Origin: a virus
IMG/VR virus record: IMGVR_UViG_3300032236_001457
Location: 37,835 to 101,834 of that record
DNA length: 64,000 nucleotides
Strand: one strand, 5' to 3'
Shown here: positions 47,563-57,651 of the stretch, in pieces
Layout: every line of letters starts with the position of its first letter
How positions within the stretch are numbered: position 1 is the first letter of the stretch
Notes under the pieces: model-generated
Database searches by the model: none
Told to the model about the DNA's origin: nothing
Seen by the model: only the letters and a program-made list of their open reading frames with translations
Position numbers and translations under genes: made by a program

Positions 47563-49212
47563 ATGAAAATAGCATTAATAGCTAGCGGATTACCTAGGTT
47601 CATGCCAGACTTTATTGACCTAATGAGCAAACTCAAAGGGTTTGAATGCGCTGACATATATATGTGTCTTTGGAAAACAGATTGGGCAACAACTGCCGAA
47701 GAAGCTAGAAACAAAATTGAAAAAATACTAGCACCTGAATTTCGTTTGGCAAAAATAAAAGTTGTTGATGAGCCGCCATATCAATTACCTGATCATACTT
47801 TTCCCTTGGCTCCTCCGGCTCCTGAAAACACAACTTGGTGGTATAAAAGGATATTTGCTCAGTTCACAGGCCTTACTATGGCATTCGATCTTATTGATCA
47901 AGAATACGATGCTGTTATTAAGTTTAGAGTCGATGGATCATTAGAAAAAGAATTAGATGTAAGAACACTAGATCTCAAAACACATCCTTTATTATTTCCC
48001 TGTAATAATGGGGCAGGATTTGACTATTGTCGAGTAAGTGATTTGTTTTTTGTCGGAACACAGGAAGCAATGAGATTTACCTGTAACCTCAGTAAAGAAT
48101 TTCGCGAGTTGGTTCCTGCTGCTGATCCTACGTGGGGAGACTCGGATATTGTCGATGGCACCTGGAATTGGGGCACTGAACACTTAATCGGGTTCTATAT
48201 GAGGAAATATAACTTTCCTGTAGCTTATGGCGATTTTCGTGCTACACTAAATTCGTTCGGCAGGTCAAAATATACCGATAGGCATTACCATCACAGGATA
48301 GTTCCCGACCCCACTGAAACAAATCCTAAGGTTTTGTTGTTAGGTGATTCCCATACAGATGTATTCTTAGGCAGCCCAAATGTAAATAGATTCGATATGA
48401 GATTGTGCAGTCAACGGGCATTTACAATCCATAGATTTACAGATTTTAATGAAACAGATCTTTGGGCTCCTTTGATCAATTGGTTTGAGCAGAACACTAT
48501 CAATTCTCAAGACCCTTGCAGAACGTTAGTTATTACCGGAGGTGAAATTGATGTTCGTGCTCATTTCTGGAGACACATCCCTCGGCATTATCAAGGAAAG
48601 GACAGTATCTTAAATTATGTTCAATCTGTTGCTGTAAAATTTTATCAGGCGTTGGCAGCAGTTTGCAATCATTATGATATAAGACGAGTAGTAGTTTGGG
48701 GATCACCAGTTGCAGGAGAACGTGCTCATTACAATAGCGAGCATCCGTTTGTCGGTCCATCACAAACAAGAAACCGGTTAATTCACATTTGGAACCGAGA
48801 ATTTGTTAGAGCGATTGAAAATGATCAAAGAATTTCATTAGCAACTGCGTATTACAACTTTATCGATCCTACAAACTATTCTACCGTAGATCCTTCTCCG
48901 TCGCATGACGGAGTGCATTGGCATGATAGTTATGGTCCTGTATTTTGGGAAAAGCTCATTCAGCCTTGTATAGATGGTAATAAAATTGCAGTAGGAATGA
49001 ATTGGAATAACATGTATAATGATCAATTTGACATTGTTGAATCAATTTCTCAAGGTACTCAACAATATGATACTTGGGCAAGGACAGATCAAATTTCAAA
49101 TCTAGATGGAATTGATCGTCATGTTGTAATAAATGGTCAATCATATTCATGGGTTCGAGCAGAGCATCGTAGTTTATTGCCATCGCAATATAACGAAATA
49201 GTAATACAATAA
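47563..49212 (+). CDS. GQPRF-family GT-like domain fused to SGNH-like domain
   Basis: SGLPRF...IKFRVD; then LGDSH, GEIDVRAH, DGVH. Confidence 0.6.
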   Translation: MKIALIASGLPRFMPDFIDLMSKLKGFECADIYMCLWKTDWATTAEEARNKIEKILAPEFRLAKIKVVDEPPYQLPDHTFPLAPPAPENTTWWYKRIFAQFTGLTMAFDLIDQEYDAVIKFRVDGSLEKELDVRTLDLKTHPLLFPCNNGAGFDYCRVSDLFFVGTQEAMRFTCNLSKEFRELVPAADPTWGDSDIVDGTWNWGTEHLIGFYMRKYNFPVAYGDFRATLNSFGRSKYTDRHYHHRIVPDPTETNPKVLLLGDSHTDVFLGSPNVNRFDMRLCSQRAFTIHRFTDFNETDLWAPLINWFEQNTINSQDPCRTLVITGGEIDVRAHFWRHIPRHYQGKDSILNYVQSVAVKFYQALAAVCNHYDIRRVVVWGSPVAGERAHYNSEHPFVGPSQTRNRLIHIWNREFVRAIENDQRISLATAYYNFIDPTNYSTVDPSPSHDGVHWHDSYGPVFWEKLIQPCIDGNKIAVGMNWNNMYNDQFDIVESISQGTQQYDTWARTDQISNLDGIDRHVVINGQSYSWVRAEHRSLLPSQYNEIVIQ

Positions 49213-49234
49213 ATAACACTTTAAAGGAAAACGC

Positions 49235-49849
49235 ATGAAATGGGAAGGTGATTTAGTTCGAGATATTAGAACATATACGGAGTTTGATAACGAAGATGGT
49301 AATCAATTAGGAAGAGTTATCAGAGACGTGCCCGGTAGTGGAACGCATCGAGAATTTAGTGATTGTAATCGCGCTGAACTAACTGAAAAATTTCTAAAAG
49401 TTAAAGATCAAGCAAAAGCCGTTTTAGAAATAGGAGTTTGTAGGAATGGGGAGGAAAGTTCTACATTTTGTTTTCTCAATAATAAACTCGACGAAACAGC
49501 ATATGTTGGCATAGATCTTGAAAATAAATCTTTTTTAGATAATCAAGAAAAAAGAATTTATACTATTTGTGGAAACAGTAGTGATGTTGACCATAATATC
49601 GAAATCATGAAATCGTGGGGAATCACTGAGTTAGATTTTATTTTTATCGACGGATGGCACAGTATCAATCAAGTTCTCGTTGATTGGGAGTATACTAAAA
49701 TCTTATCACCTGGAGGTATTGTAGCATTTCATGATGTTAGTGAGCACCCCGGACCACATATGTTTATAAGAAATCTAAATACAGACATATGGAATGTAGA
49801 AATTCTTTGCCCCACCGATTGGGGTATTGGATTTGCCTGGCGCAAATGA
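49235..49849 (+). CDS. class I SAM methyltransferase
   Basis: VLEIGV, FIFIDGWHS, GGIVAFHD. Confidence 0.8.
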   Translation: MKWEGDLVRDIRTYTEFDNEDGNQLGRVIRDVPGSGTHREFSDCNRAELTEKFLKVKDQAKAVLEIGVCRNGEESSTFCFLNNKLDETAYVGIDLENKSFLDNQEKRIYTICGNSSDVDHNIEIMKSWGITELDFIFIDGWHSINQVLVDWEYTKILSPGGIVAFHDVSEHPGPHMFIRNLNTDIWNVEILCPTDWGIGFAWRK

Positions 49850-50346
49850 AATTAATAGCGCATCGTGGGCTAATCAACGGTCCGGATAAAACTATAGAAA
49901 ATCATCCGGATCAGATTGAATTTGCAATCGAGCAAGGATTTGATTGCGAAATTGATTTATGGTTCGAAGATGCTAGATTTTGTCTTGGGCATGATAATCC
50001 ACAATATCCTATAGATAAAGATTTTCTTATTAAACATAAGAAACGGCTATGGATTCATGCCAAGAATTTAAAAGCATTACATTGGTTATCTACCACCAAT
50101 GGGTTTTTTAATTATTTTTGGCATCAAAACGATGACTGTGTTATTACCAGTCAGGGGTATATTTGGACCTACCCCGAAAAGCCATTAACTGATCGTAGTG
50201 TTAGATTAATGCCAGAATGGGCAGATCCCGAATTTAAAACTATTTTAAAAAATCACTGCTATGCTGTATGCAGTGATTATGTTGTTAGAATTAAAGCAAT
50301 TATTTCCAACGACCATAATCTACAAAATCAGGATGTGACAAGCTAA
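49846..50346 (+). CDS. glycerophosphodiester phosphodiesterase-like protein
   Basis: IAHRG, EN, CEIDLW, LGHD, WIHAKN. Confidence 0.75.
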   Translation: MKLIAHRGLINGPDKTIENHPDQIEFAIEQGFDCEIDLWFEDARFCLGHDNPQYPIDKDFLIKHKKRLWIHAKNLKALHWLSTTNGFFNYFWHQNDDCVITSQGYIWTYPEKPLTDRSVRLMPEWADPEFKTILKNHCYAVCSDYVVRIKAIISNDHNLQNQDVTS

Positions 50347-51037
50347 CTGGGGTTTGATATTCGTTCTTAACCTGTTCAATTCCAGTTAGTGGATAAACAA
50401 TTCCGTTTACTTTTAAGTGCTGTCCTAATAAAGTTTCAGCATGATAATGCAGTCCTTGTCTATGATATTGCTCAAAGTAATCTATAGCATTACAATAGAC
50501 CGACATTGCAGCACTAGTTCCAAATGCAATCATATCATTTAAAGCGAATCCGATACCATTTCGAAGATTATCAGGTGTAATTATAACATTAGGATTTGCC
50601 TGTATAAACTGATTTACCAGTCTAAGATTCAGTTTAGATCGTATCCCAACATCACCCCTTGACCTAATTACCATATCATAGGGGTTGTGTTTTTCTCTTA
50701 GTATATTGACCTGTTTTAGTGCTGAATAATTATTCCACACATGAATAGGATTGGTCCATGGATTGCGCTGTAGCCAATCTGGTATGGTATATTCGGGAGG
50801 GTTAGTCACTACTAATTCTACCAGATTGGACTTAGGTGGGAGATTTTTAATTATCCTTGATTTTACATCTTCCTCAGCGATTGGCCAAGTCCTGGGTATT
50901 AGCATACTTTCTTCATGCTTGGCTATCCATATATAGAAGAAAAAATCTAGTTGATCATAATCTTCTAAATTATCAAGGAAATCATCGAATTCACGAGTGA
51001 ATCTGGGCTGTCCTGTGATAAGAACAGCAGCCTTCAT
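50300..51037 (-). CDS. GQPRF-family GT-like protein
   Basis: ITGQPRF, YDMVIRSRGD. Confidence 0.6.
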   Translation of the reverse strand: MKAAVLITGQPRFTREFDDFLDNLEDYDQLDFFFYIWIAKHEESMLIPRTWPIAEEDVKSRIIKNLPPKSNLVELVVTNPPEYTIPDWLQRNPWTNPIHVWNNYSALKQVNILREKHNPYDMVIRSRGDVGIRSKLNLRLVNQFIQANPNVIITPDNLRNGIGFALNDMIAFGTSAAMSVYCNAIDYFEQYHRQGLHYHAETLLGQHLKVNGIVYPLTGIEQVKNEYQTPVSLSHPDFVDYGRWK

Positions 51038-52227
51038 CAGCAATATCCCCATTTAGCAATGGCAACACGATATTCTTCGCCTGGTGTTTTGTCCACGGCT
51101 TGACGCATGGCACGAGCACCCGCTACAGTTCCCCCGGGGTGTCCGTGAACAGCACCGCCCACATTGGCCATATAATCTACGCCAACCTGTCCTGTAACAT
51201 AATCAATTAGCCCCGCATGCATTCCGCAACTGAGAACAGGAGTAGTATTGCCATCTCTTAGTACTCGCATACTTTCCATTAGCTCTTCAGGATCGTCATT
51301 ACTATATCCACCAATCATTCCGGTTTGAATAGTGTCTACTCCCATTAGAGTGGCTAGTTGACAAATCACAGGCCATGCAATGCTAAATCTATGACTGGCA
51401 TCTGTAAAGACTTTATCTCCGCTTTTCTGGAAATGTAGGAATAATGGCAAGTCTAATTTACGAATACTGTTATAAACACCTAGTCCACTGAATACATTAA
51501 TGTGAACACCGTTGCCGCCTAGTTCATGCACTCGGTTAACACGATCAACAATAACATGTGGATCAGCATTGATAGTATGACAGATTACAACTTTACGACT
51601 TTGTTTAGCCATATAGTTGGCAATCAAGTCAACCCTACGTTCTAACGGAGCACAGGCAGGGTTACTCATGATTTCATCCTCTTTGATAAAATCAACACCG
51701 CCGTCGACCATTTGTTTTACCATTTCTAGCAATACTTCTGGAGTGATACCAATCTTAGGTTTAACAATACTACCAAATAGCGGTTTACCGTATTGTCCTG
51801 TAAACTGTCTAAATCCACTTAATCCAAATTTAGGTCCTAGAAAATGTTTAGTAACGGTCTCAGGTAGTTCTAATTTAATCAATCTACAGCGTGTGATAAT
51901 ATCAATATCAACATGCCCGCCCATTAATTGGCATAGCAAGTGACTGATACCATCGGTTTCCCAATCTGTATTAGCTACAGGAAAGGCAATGGATACCTCT
52001 CCGTGTTTTGCAACTTCTAAGTTATGTTCGTTTCCAAGAATAATACAACTGTGATTTTCAAATAGGTCATCAGTTTCCCATTCGTTACGCACATTGGGAT
52101 TACCTACACTTTGACCGATGGCTAGGTTCCATGCGGCTTCTTTAAGATTTTTACTACTTGCCATGTCGTAGGTAGCAATGTAGTAATCGTTTTTGTTGAT
52201 CTCATTAATGGTTTTAAAGAACTTCAT
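51037..52227 (-). CDS. RuBisCO-like protein (form IV-type large subunit)
   Basis: SIVKPKIG, GGVDFIKEDE, GGAVHGHPGG..AGARAMRQA; start MKFFK at 52227. Confidence 0.9.
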   Translation of the reverse strand: MKFFKTINEINKNDYYIATYDMASSKNLKEAAWNLAIGQSVGNPNVRNEWETDDLFENHSCIILGNEHNLEVAKHGEVSIAFPVANTDWETDGISHLLCQLMGGHVDIDIITRCRLIKLELPETVTKHFLGPKFGLSGFRQFTGQYGKPLFGSIVKPKIGITPEVLLEMVKQMVDGGVDFIKEDEIMSNPACAPLERRVDLIANYMAKQSRKVVICHTINADPHVIVDRVNRVHELGGNGVHINVFSGLGVYNSIRKLDLPLFLHFQKSGDKVFTDASHRFSIAWPVICQLATLMGVDTIQTGMIGGYSNDDPEELMESMRVLRDGNTTPVLSCGMHAGLIDYVTGQVGVDYMANVGGAVHGHPGGTVAGARAMRQAVDKTPGEEYRVAIAKWGYC

Positions 52228-52537
52228 ATTTGTCTCCGGGTAAGCTAGGTGTTTTAACACAGACCAATTGGCAATCCTCTAAAAATTCAGGTTCGGCAAC
52301 TTCTCCGGGTTCGATAACAAATACATCTCCTGCTACCATTTCTACTCCATTTATTTTCATATGTCCTTTAATTAATACATTATATTCAGTAGCGACAGCA
52401 TGATAATGTTTAGCCCACTGTTCGCCTTTGGTATGATTCAGTAGACTAACTTCAAATTGATCAGTTTTAAGTAGGGTGGGTTCAAAATTGCCAATAAACC
52501 AACCACGATAGAATTCACTAATATTACGCTTTATCAT
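52214..52537 (-). CDS. cupin domain protein
   Basis: GWFIGNF, HYH...EYN, GDVFVIEPGE. Confidence 0.8.
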   Translation of the reverse strand: MIKRNISEFYRGWFIGNFEPTLLKTDQFEVSLLNHTKGEQWAKHYHAVATEYNVLIKGHMKINGVEMVAGDVFVIEPGEVAEPEFLEDCQLVCVKTPSLPGDKYEVL

Positions 52538-53237
52538 GTTTCAGGAATCTCTCTAAATCTACAGGAACTCCTACAGCATGGTGCTGCTCATTAGGTATAT
52601 GATATATACCTACACTTAGTCCTTCTTTGATCATATAGTTATAGCTAGGACCGATATAGAACTCTCCGTTAGGAGCTCGATCATCGGCAGCAATCATAGC
52701 TTCGGCACTGCGAACAAAATGTCGACCTTGTCGCCAATAATGAATGCCGTTTAAACTAACATTGCTGATAACTTCTTTCTCGCGGATTTCTTTGACAAAA
52801 CCCTTGCGATCGAGCCGGGCATAACTGTTTTTATCAGTGTCACTGTAGTAGGTAACCACAGCACCATCATATAGCCTAACATTATGAAAAAATGCCGAGC
52901 TATTCCATTCCATGATTTGATCACAGTTGGCTGTAATTAATTCATCGTCATTGTTGATTTTGTCTTTAAACAACAGAACAGATGATGCTGGTCCACGTGT
53001 AGTTTGTGTAACTTCAACGAACCTAGGATTATCTACAGTCCTACTGATAATTTCTTCGATGATTGGAGTATATTCGTTGCGTCTAATAACAAAATGATAC
53101 TGTCCATCAATGTTCAAACTTTCTATAGCGCGAACTATCATGGGCTTGCCATTTACGTCGATTAAGGGTTTGGGCAGATATTGATCTTTGGGAAACCGGG
53201 TGCCCTCTCCGGCCATTGGGATTACGATATTAACCAT
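52524..53237 (-). CDS. sugar nucleotidyltransferase
   Basis: IPMAGEGTRF, PKPLI, ANCDQ, NGEFYI. Confidence 0.85.
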   Translation of the reverse strand: MVNIVIPMAGEGTRFPKDQYLPKPLIDVNGKPMIVRAIESLNIDGQYHFVIRRNEYTPIIEEIISRTVDNPRFVEVTQTTRGPASSVLLFKDKINNDDELITANCDQIMEWNSSAFFHNVRLYDGAVVTYYSDTDKNSYARLDRKGFVKEIREKEVISNVSLNGIHYWRQGRHFVRSAEAMIAADDRAPNGEFYIGPSYNYMIKEGLSVGIYHIPNEQHHAVGVPVDLERFLKHDKA

Positions 53238-53318
53238 GCTGATATTTATTAAGGGGTTTTAACTGCATATATTTTATTGATAATATACTAAGTAAATACG
53301 GTGTAGGAGGATACGCCA

Positions 53319-53600
53319 ATGGATTCTGATTTTTTTAAATTAATCGCCGAGTTAGGTTTTCCTATCGCAGCCGCATGTGCATCGGGATATTTTGTATTCC
53401 TCACTATCAAGTTTATTTTAGCAGGTGTTACTAGCAGTGTCAATAGTATGAATAATATTGTTCGTGGGTTAGATGACAGAATTGACACCATGACAGACGA
53501 ATTACAAAGACTTGATATTAAAATTAGTCAAACACTAGGGCTTGACCCTGATTATGATCGCATTGCTAGAGCAGAGCGTATAGATCACCGGAGAGACTAA
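53319..53600 (+). CDS. single-TM coiled-coil protein (holin-like?)
   Basis: LIAELGFPIAA; late-type TAAATA and GGAGG upstream. Confidence 0.5.
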   Translation: MDSDFFKLIAELGFPIAAACASGYFVFLTIKFILAGVTSSVNSMNNIVRGLDDRIDTMTDELQRLDIKISQTLGLDPDYDRIARAERIDHRRD

Positions 53601-53601
53601 A

Positions 53602-53898
53602 ATGGAAAATCTAGCAGACTTGATCAATAGATTCGGGTTTCCTGTAGTAGCTGCTGTAGGTCTCAGCGGAATGACTTACTATGTATGGTCTTGGGCTACT
53701 AAAGAAATTAAGCCTGTACTCAGCCAAGCAAACACAACACTGGTAGCATTAATTGATCGTATTCGAGTGCTGGATAACGATCTCATACGACTGGATCAAA
53801 AGGTACAAACAGTAATTCAACTACGCAGAATAGTTTTAGAAATAGAAAAAAAAGATGCTTATGAAAAAATTAATCAACAAGATGAGGAATTAAAATGA
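53602..53898 (+). CDS. single-TM coiled-coil protein, paralog of previous
   Basis: LINRFGFPVVA. Confidence 0.5.
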   Translation: MENLADLINRFGFPVVAAVGLSGMTYYVWSWATKEIKPVLSQANTTLVALIDRIRVLDNDLIRLDQKVQTVIQLRRIVLEIEKKDAYEKINQQDEELK

Positions 53899-54260
53899 AG
53901 AAATTTATTCTCGCTGCTGTGTTAATGTCATTAACAGGATGTGCCAGCACAGTCGATACCGTGCGTAAATATTGGCCCAGAGATCACGATCCGGTAGCAT
54001 TTCATCAATTGGTGCTGATCAATATTGCTGTCGAACGTATTGATTGTGATGAACCAAATTGGGTACCGGTTGTAGACATGTCACACGCATTGGCAAAAAA
54101 TACAGAATGGCGTCGTGATCCGCAAGCAGAAAACATCACAGGGTTATACAAGCATACACTAAAGATGTTTAGCAGTAGCAATAAAACCTTTTGCGAATTT
54201 GGCAAAAGAACAGCACTAGAAAGAATTAACGCTGTTAAATCAGCATGGGCAGGGAGATAA
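53895..54260 (+). CDS. lipoprotein
   Basis: MKK + hydrophobic core + LTGC lipobox. Confidence 0.7.
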   Translation: MKKFILAAVLMSLTGCASTVDTVRKYWPRDHDPVAFHQLVLINIAVERIDCDEPNWVPVVDMSHALAKNTEWRRDPQAENITGLYKHTLKMFSSSNKTFCEFGKRTALERINAVKSAWAGR

Positions 54261-54262
54261 CA

Positions 54263-54451
54263 ATGCATCCATTAGAACAAGAAATCCAAAATATTGAAGC
54301 TGCTTATCGTGCGGGACAACTAAGTCTCGACGAGCGTAATTATCTATTACAAGAAATTAGAGATGTTCGTGCTGCCCAAGACTGTGCCGACAACGAAGAA
54401 ATGTTTAGATATATTGTCCAAGCCTGCAATTTAGCAGCGTCAGTTGCCTGA
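54263..54451 (+). CDS. small hypothetical protein
   Basis: GGAG SD before MHPLEQ. Confidence 0.5.
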   Translation: MHPLEQEIQNIEAAYRAGQLSLDERNYLLQEIRDVRAAQDCADNEEMFRYIVQACNLAASVA

Positions 54452-54478
54452 CATATAAATATTACAAAAGGTGTATAC

Positions 54479-55105
54479 ATGAGCGAAATTGCTGTTACTT
54501 CGATACGTGAAACATTGAGAATTCAACGTTGGGACGACCACAGATACTATCATCACAGTAGAATTAATCAATTTTTACATTTGATTTCGGCTACCAGCTT
54601 TCTAGTTGCTTATGTGTATTTGTTCATTAATCCTGTAATTAGTGCTTACATTGCTTGGTTCATTGCCATGACTACTAGACAAATTGGTCATTTCTTTTTT
54701 GAGCCCGATGGATATGATGAATACAATAAAGCCACTTTTGAATATAAAGAAAAAATCAAAGTTGGGTTCAACTTAAAACGAAAAAGAGTATTGTTAACCT
54801 GTTGGGCATTAGTTCCTGTATTAGCCTTTTTTGATGCTGCTAACTTTAACTTAATCATGCCGGATACTAGTCCGGATACATTGTTTAACCGCATCGGTTG
54901 GGGATGGTTATGGTTGGGTGTAGCAGGAGTGGTATTTAGAATGATTCAACTTACTGCGATTGAAAGCCGTCGCACTGCTATCACTTGGTGTATTAAGATC
55001 GTTACAGATCCATTCCACGATGTAATAATTTATCGTAACAGTTGGTTATACTTATTACGGGGCCAACTAATTGACCCCGATCTACGCCAAGATTACGAAG
55101 ATTAA
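54479..55105 (+). CDS. Mpo1/DUF962-like membrane protein
   Basis: HHSRINQFLH and RQIGHFFFE His motifs, 4 TM; TATAAATA upstream. Confidence 0.6.
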   Translation: MSEIAVTSIRETLRIQRWDDHRYYHHSRINQFLHLISATSFLVAYVYLFINPVISAYIAWFIAMTTRQIGHFFFEPDGYDEYNKATFEYKEKIKVGFNLKRKRVLLTCWALVPVLAFFDAANFNLIMPDTSPDTLFNRIGWGWLWLGVAGVVFRMIQLTAIESRRTAITWCIKIVTDPFHDVIIYRNSWLYLLRGQLIDPDLRQDYED

Positions 55106-55106
55106 A

Positions 55107-55727
55107 TTACTTTCCGGCTAATGGATTGTCCATAGCCTTTTGAATCTTTTGATCAACTTCCCGCTTTAGTGTTTCTACTTCGCGATTAATTTCTCTACGT
55201 GCAGTGGTAAACTCTGAATTAATCTCTTTGCGAGTCTGTTCCATGTCTTTGCGAATAGTAGCAGCTTCACTACGAGCTCTTTCCAAATCTTCACGCACTG
55301 CTTTACGCATATCACGCATTTCACTTTCAGTTTCACGTTGTGCCTGTTTAACACTGCGTTCTACCTGTTCAGTAACAGTTTCATTACGTCGTATGTCATT
55401 CTTTAAATCGTTCTTAATATCGCGTGTATAATCGCTGGTTTTGCCTGAATTTTCTTCAATAACCGCCAATCTTTTGTCAAAACCTGACAGATCTGGGGCA
55501 GAATATTCAGAGATCTTTTTCTTCATTGAAATATAGTCTTTGTATACCTCAAAGCAGCCGTATAGTCCACCCAGCAGCGAACTGGCCAGTGTAAATGCTA
55601 CCATCAGTTTAGCAGGGGTGAATTCGTATCCACCAATACTGATCACTGTGTCCTTGCTGGCATACTTTTTTACTGCGGCTTCTGCTTCGTCAATTGTGGC
55701 ATTGACGTCTTTAATTTCTTCGGTCAT
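55107..55727 (-). CDS. membrane-anchored coiled-coil protein
   Basis: One TM, long heptad region, ends AMDNPL. Confidence 0.6.
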   Translation of the reverse strand: MTEEIKDVNATIDEAEAAVKKYASKDTVISIGGYEFTPAKLMVAFTLASSLLGGLYGCFEVYKDYISMKKKISEYSAPDLSGFDKRLAVIEENSGKTSDYTRDIKNDLKNDIRRNETVTEQVERSVKQAQRETESEMRDMRKAVREDLERARSEAATIRKDMEQTRKEINSEFTTARREINREVETLKREVDQKIQKAMDNPLAGK

Positions 55728-55728
55728 A

Positions 55729-57651
55729 TCATCTCCTATACTGTTGCTCTATCATCTGTTGATGTAGGCGATCTGTTGATAACTGCCTTAATGCCCTAGC
55801 ATTATCAACTGGTGTTTGATTTTTATAAATCTCCTTTGGTTCATACATTTTTCCATCTTGTAGCATTAAACTGGTATAACTGCCATATCCAACTGGGGTT
55901 GTGGCTAATTTACTGATATCCACTCCACCTGCTAGTTCGTTATCCGATACTGAGGTTTTAATTGGTTGAGCAGATTCTGTAGTATTGGTAGTGGTTACTG
56001 CGGTCTTTGATTCAACAACTTCGTTCAGTGGATCTGTGCGATTGGTCATAAAACCTGCTGTGTTACTGACCTGTTCTATTTCTGCTTGTCTAGCGAAACT
56101 CACCTGCTGTGCTGTGGCCTGTTGCTGTTGTTCAACCGGTGCTGCTGCCATAGCATAGAACATGGTGTTCTGTGGTTGAGTATAAGCCGAAATCATTGTG
56201 GACTGTTGGGAGTCTGTGTTGGCCTGTGAGAATGTTGGAGTGTTAGTTGTTGTTACGGTTATAGGAACAACTGTTACCAAAGGTGCAGTAGTGGCAGATT
56301 TATTAGGCTGCGGTGGCAGTGTAGGTATGCTGGGTGCATCCTGAACTGTCTGTGTTGATGTAGGCTGTGTCCTAGAAAAATAAGACTGTAGTGTGGGTAT
56401 GCTGAACTGTTGTGTGTCTACATTAGAAACGCTTGAAACTACGGTTGCATTGGTAGTAACAGGAGTTGATGTCCTCGGTGCTGGCATTTGAAAAGTAGGC
56501 GATACTGAAACAGATTTATTTTCATTGTTGGAATTAGCAGTGTTAGGAGTAGGTGGTGCTAATGTTGTTTGGCTTGTGGTAGGGCTAGCAACAGGAGTAG
56601 TTGATTGCCGTTGTGTTTGAATTGTTGCATTAGACAGTGCTTGACTCATTGCGGCCGAACTAGCAGCAACGGCTACAGCCTGTTGTTGTGCTGCGGTAGC
56701 TGATGCGGCTGCTTCTGCTACGGCTGCTTGTGATACACTGGTTTGTAATGCCTGTGTTTGTTGTTGATTCCTAGCAATTAAATTCAGTGCTGTGGCCACG
56801 GTTTTAGACGGTGGTTTAATGGCAGCAGTATCCGTTTGTGATTTATTAGTTGTGCTAACAGTTACAGCAGGTGCGGTAGTAATGGCAACTGTTTCTACTG
56901 CGGGGGCCGCGGTTACTGCCATACTAGGAATAACTGTTGGGTTTTTAGCGCTCATTGCTGCGGCATAGCCTGGACATGCTGGGCTACTAGTAGGATCTGT
57001 AGCACAAGGATCAACACGATATTTTAGATTGAAACTGACATTGGTGATTTCTGGACCATAATTGCCTGCCCAATAGTTGTTGTCTCTGCCAATGAATCCA
57101 TACTGTGCCGCTCTATAACTTGTTGCTAGACTGGGATTGGCAAATGTTTCACTAAAATTAAAATTGGTCCAATCATATTGTCTATTAGTATATTGACCAT
57201 AACCATATAGGGCAGCCACACCACCGTCGGGTCTGTAAAATTGCACATAGGCATTCAAATAGTCTTGTCTACCGTCATCCCACCCATTGCCATTTTTAGC
57301 CATAAAGCCAAAATTAAATCCAGTAACTTGTAGATTATTACCTGCTGCTTTTAACGCTGCATTTATGTTGACTACTTGATATAGATTAACTCCTCCATAA
57401 CTAAAGTTAATATTACCAGATTGATTAACACTTGGATAAGGTCCGCAGTTACCTGGATCACCAGCATGAAAGCATATTGTATTGGTATAAACGCCATTGA
57501 CCCAGTTACCGGTTGTGGCCGTAGGTGTACCGGTAAAATTAACTAGATTACCGGTGGTAGGGTCCGGAGTTAATGCGTTAGTGGAAGCCGAATAGCTTGA
57601 AAGCAAACATGCCCAATAAACTACCCAAACCAATTTTCTTAAGGCTGTCAT
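55729..57651 (-). CDS. exported protein with Ser/Thr/Gln/Ala-rich stalk
   Basis: Beta-rich N-domain, DPC...SPACPGY, long low-complexity region. Confidence 0.65.
   Translation of the reverse strand: MTALRKLVWVVYWACLLSSYSASTNALTPDPTTGNLVNFTGTPTATTGNWVNGVYTNTICFHAGDPGNCGPYPSVNQSGNINFSYGGVNLYQVVNINAALKAAGNNLQVTGFNFGFMAKNGNGWDDGRQDYLNAYVQFYRPDGGVAALYGYGQYTNRQYDWTNFNFSETFANPSLATSYRAAQYGFIGRDNNYWAGNYGPEITNVSFNLKYRVDPCATDPTSSPACPGYAAAMSAKNPTVIPSMAVTAAPAVETVAITTAPAVTVSTTNKSQTDTAAIKPPSKTVATALNLIARNQQQTQALQTSVSQAAVAEAAASATAAQQQAVAVAASSAAMSQALSNATIQTQRQSTTPVASPTTSQTTLAPPTPNTANSNNENKSVSVSPTFQMPAPRTSTPVTTNATVVSSVSNVDTQQFSIPTLQSYFSRTQPTSTQTVQDAPSIPTLPPQPNKSATTAPLVTVVPITVTTTNTPTFSQANTDSQQSTMISAYTQPQNTMFYAMAAAPVEQQQQATAQQVSFARQAEIEQVSNTAGFMTNRTDPLNEVVESKTAVTTTNTTESAQPIKTSVSDNELAGGVDISKLATTPVGYGSYTSLMLQDGKMYEPKEIYKNQTPVDNARALRQLSTDRLHQQMIEQQYRR

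Noticed and set aside
51037-52227. Bona fide CO2-fixing RuBisCO
   Set aside because: KEDE motif, missing loop-6 Lys and His substitutions; no small subunit or phosphoribulokinase
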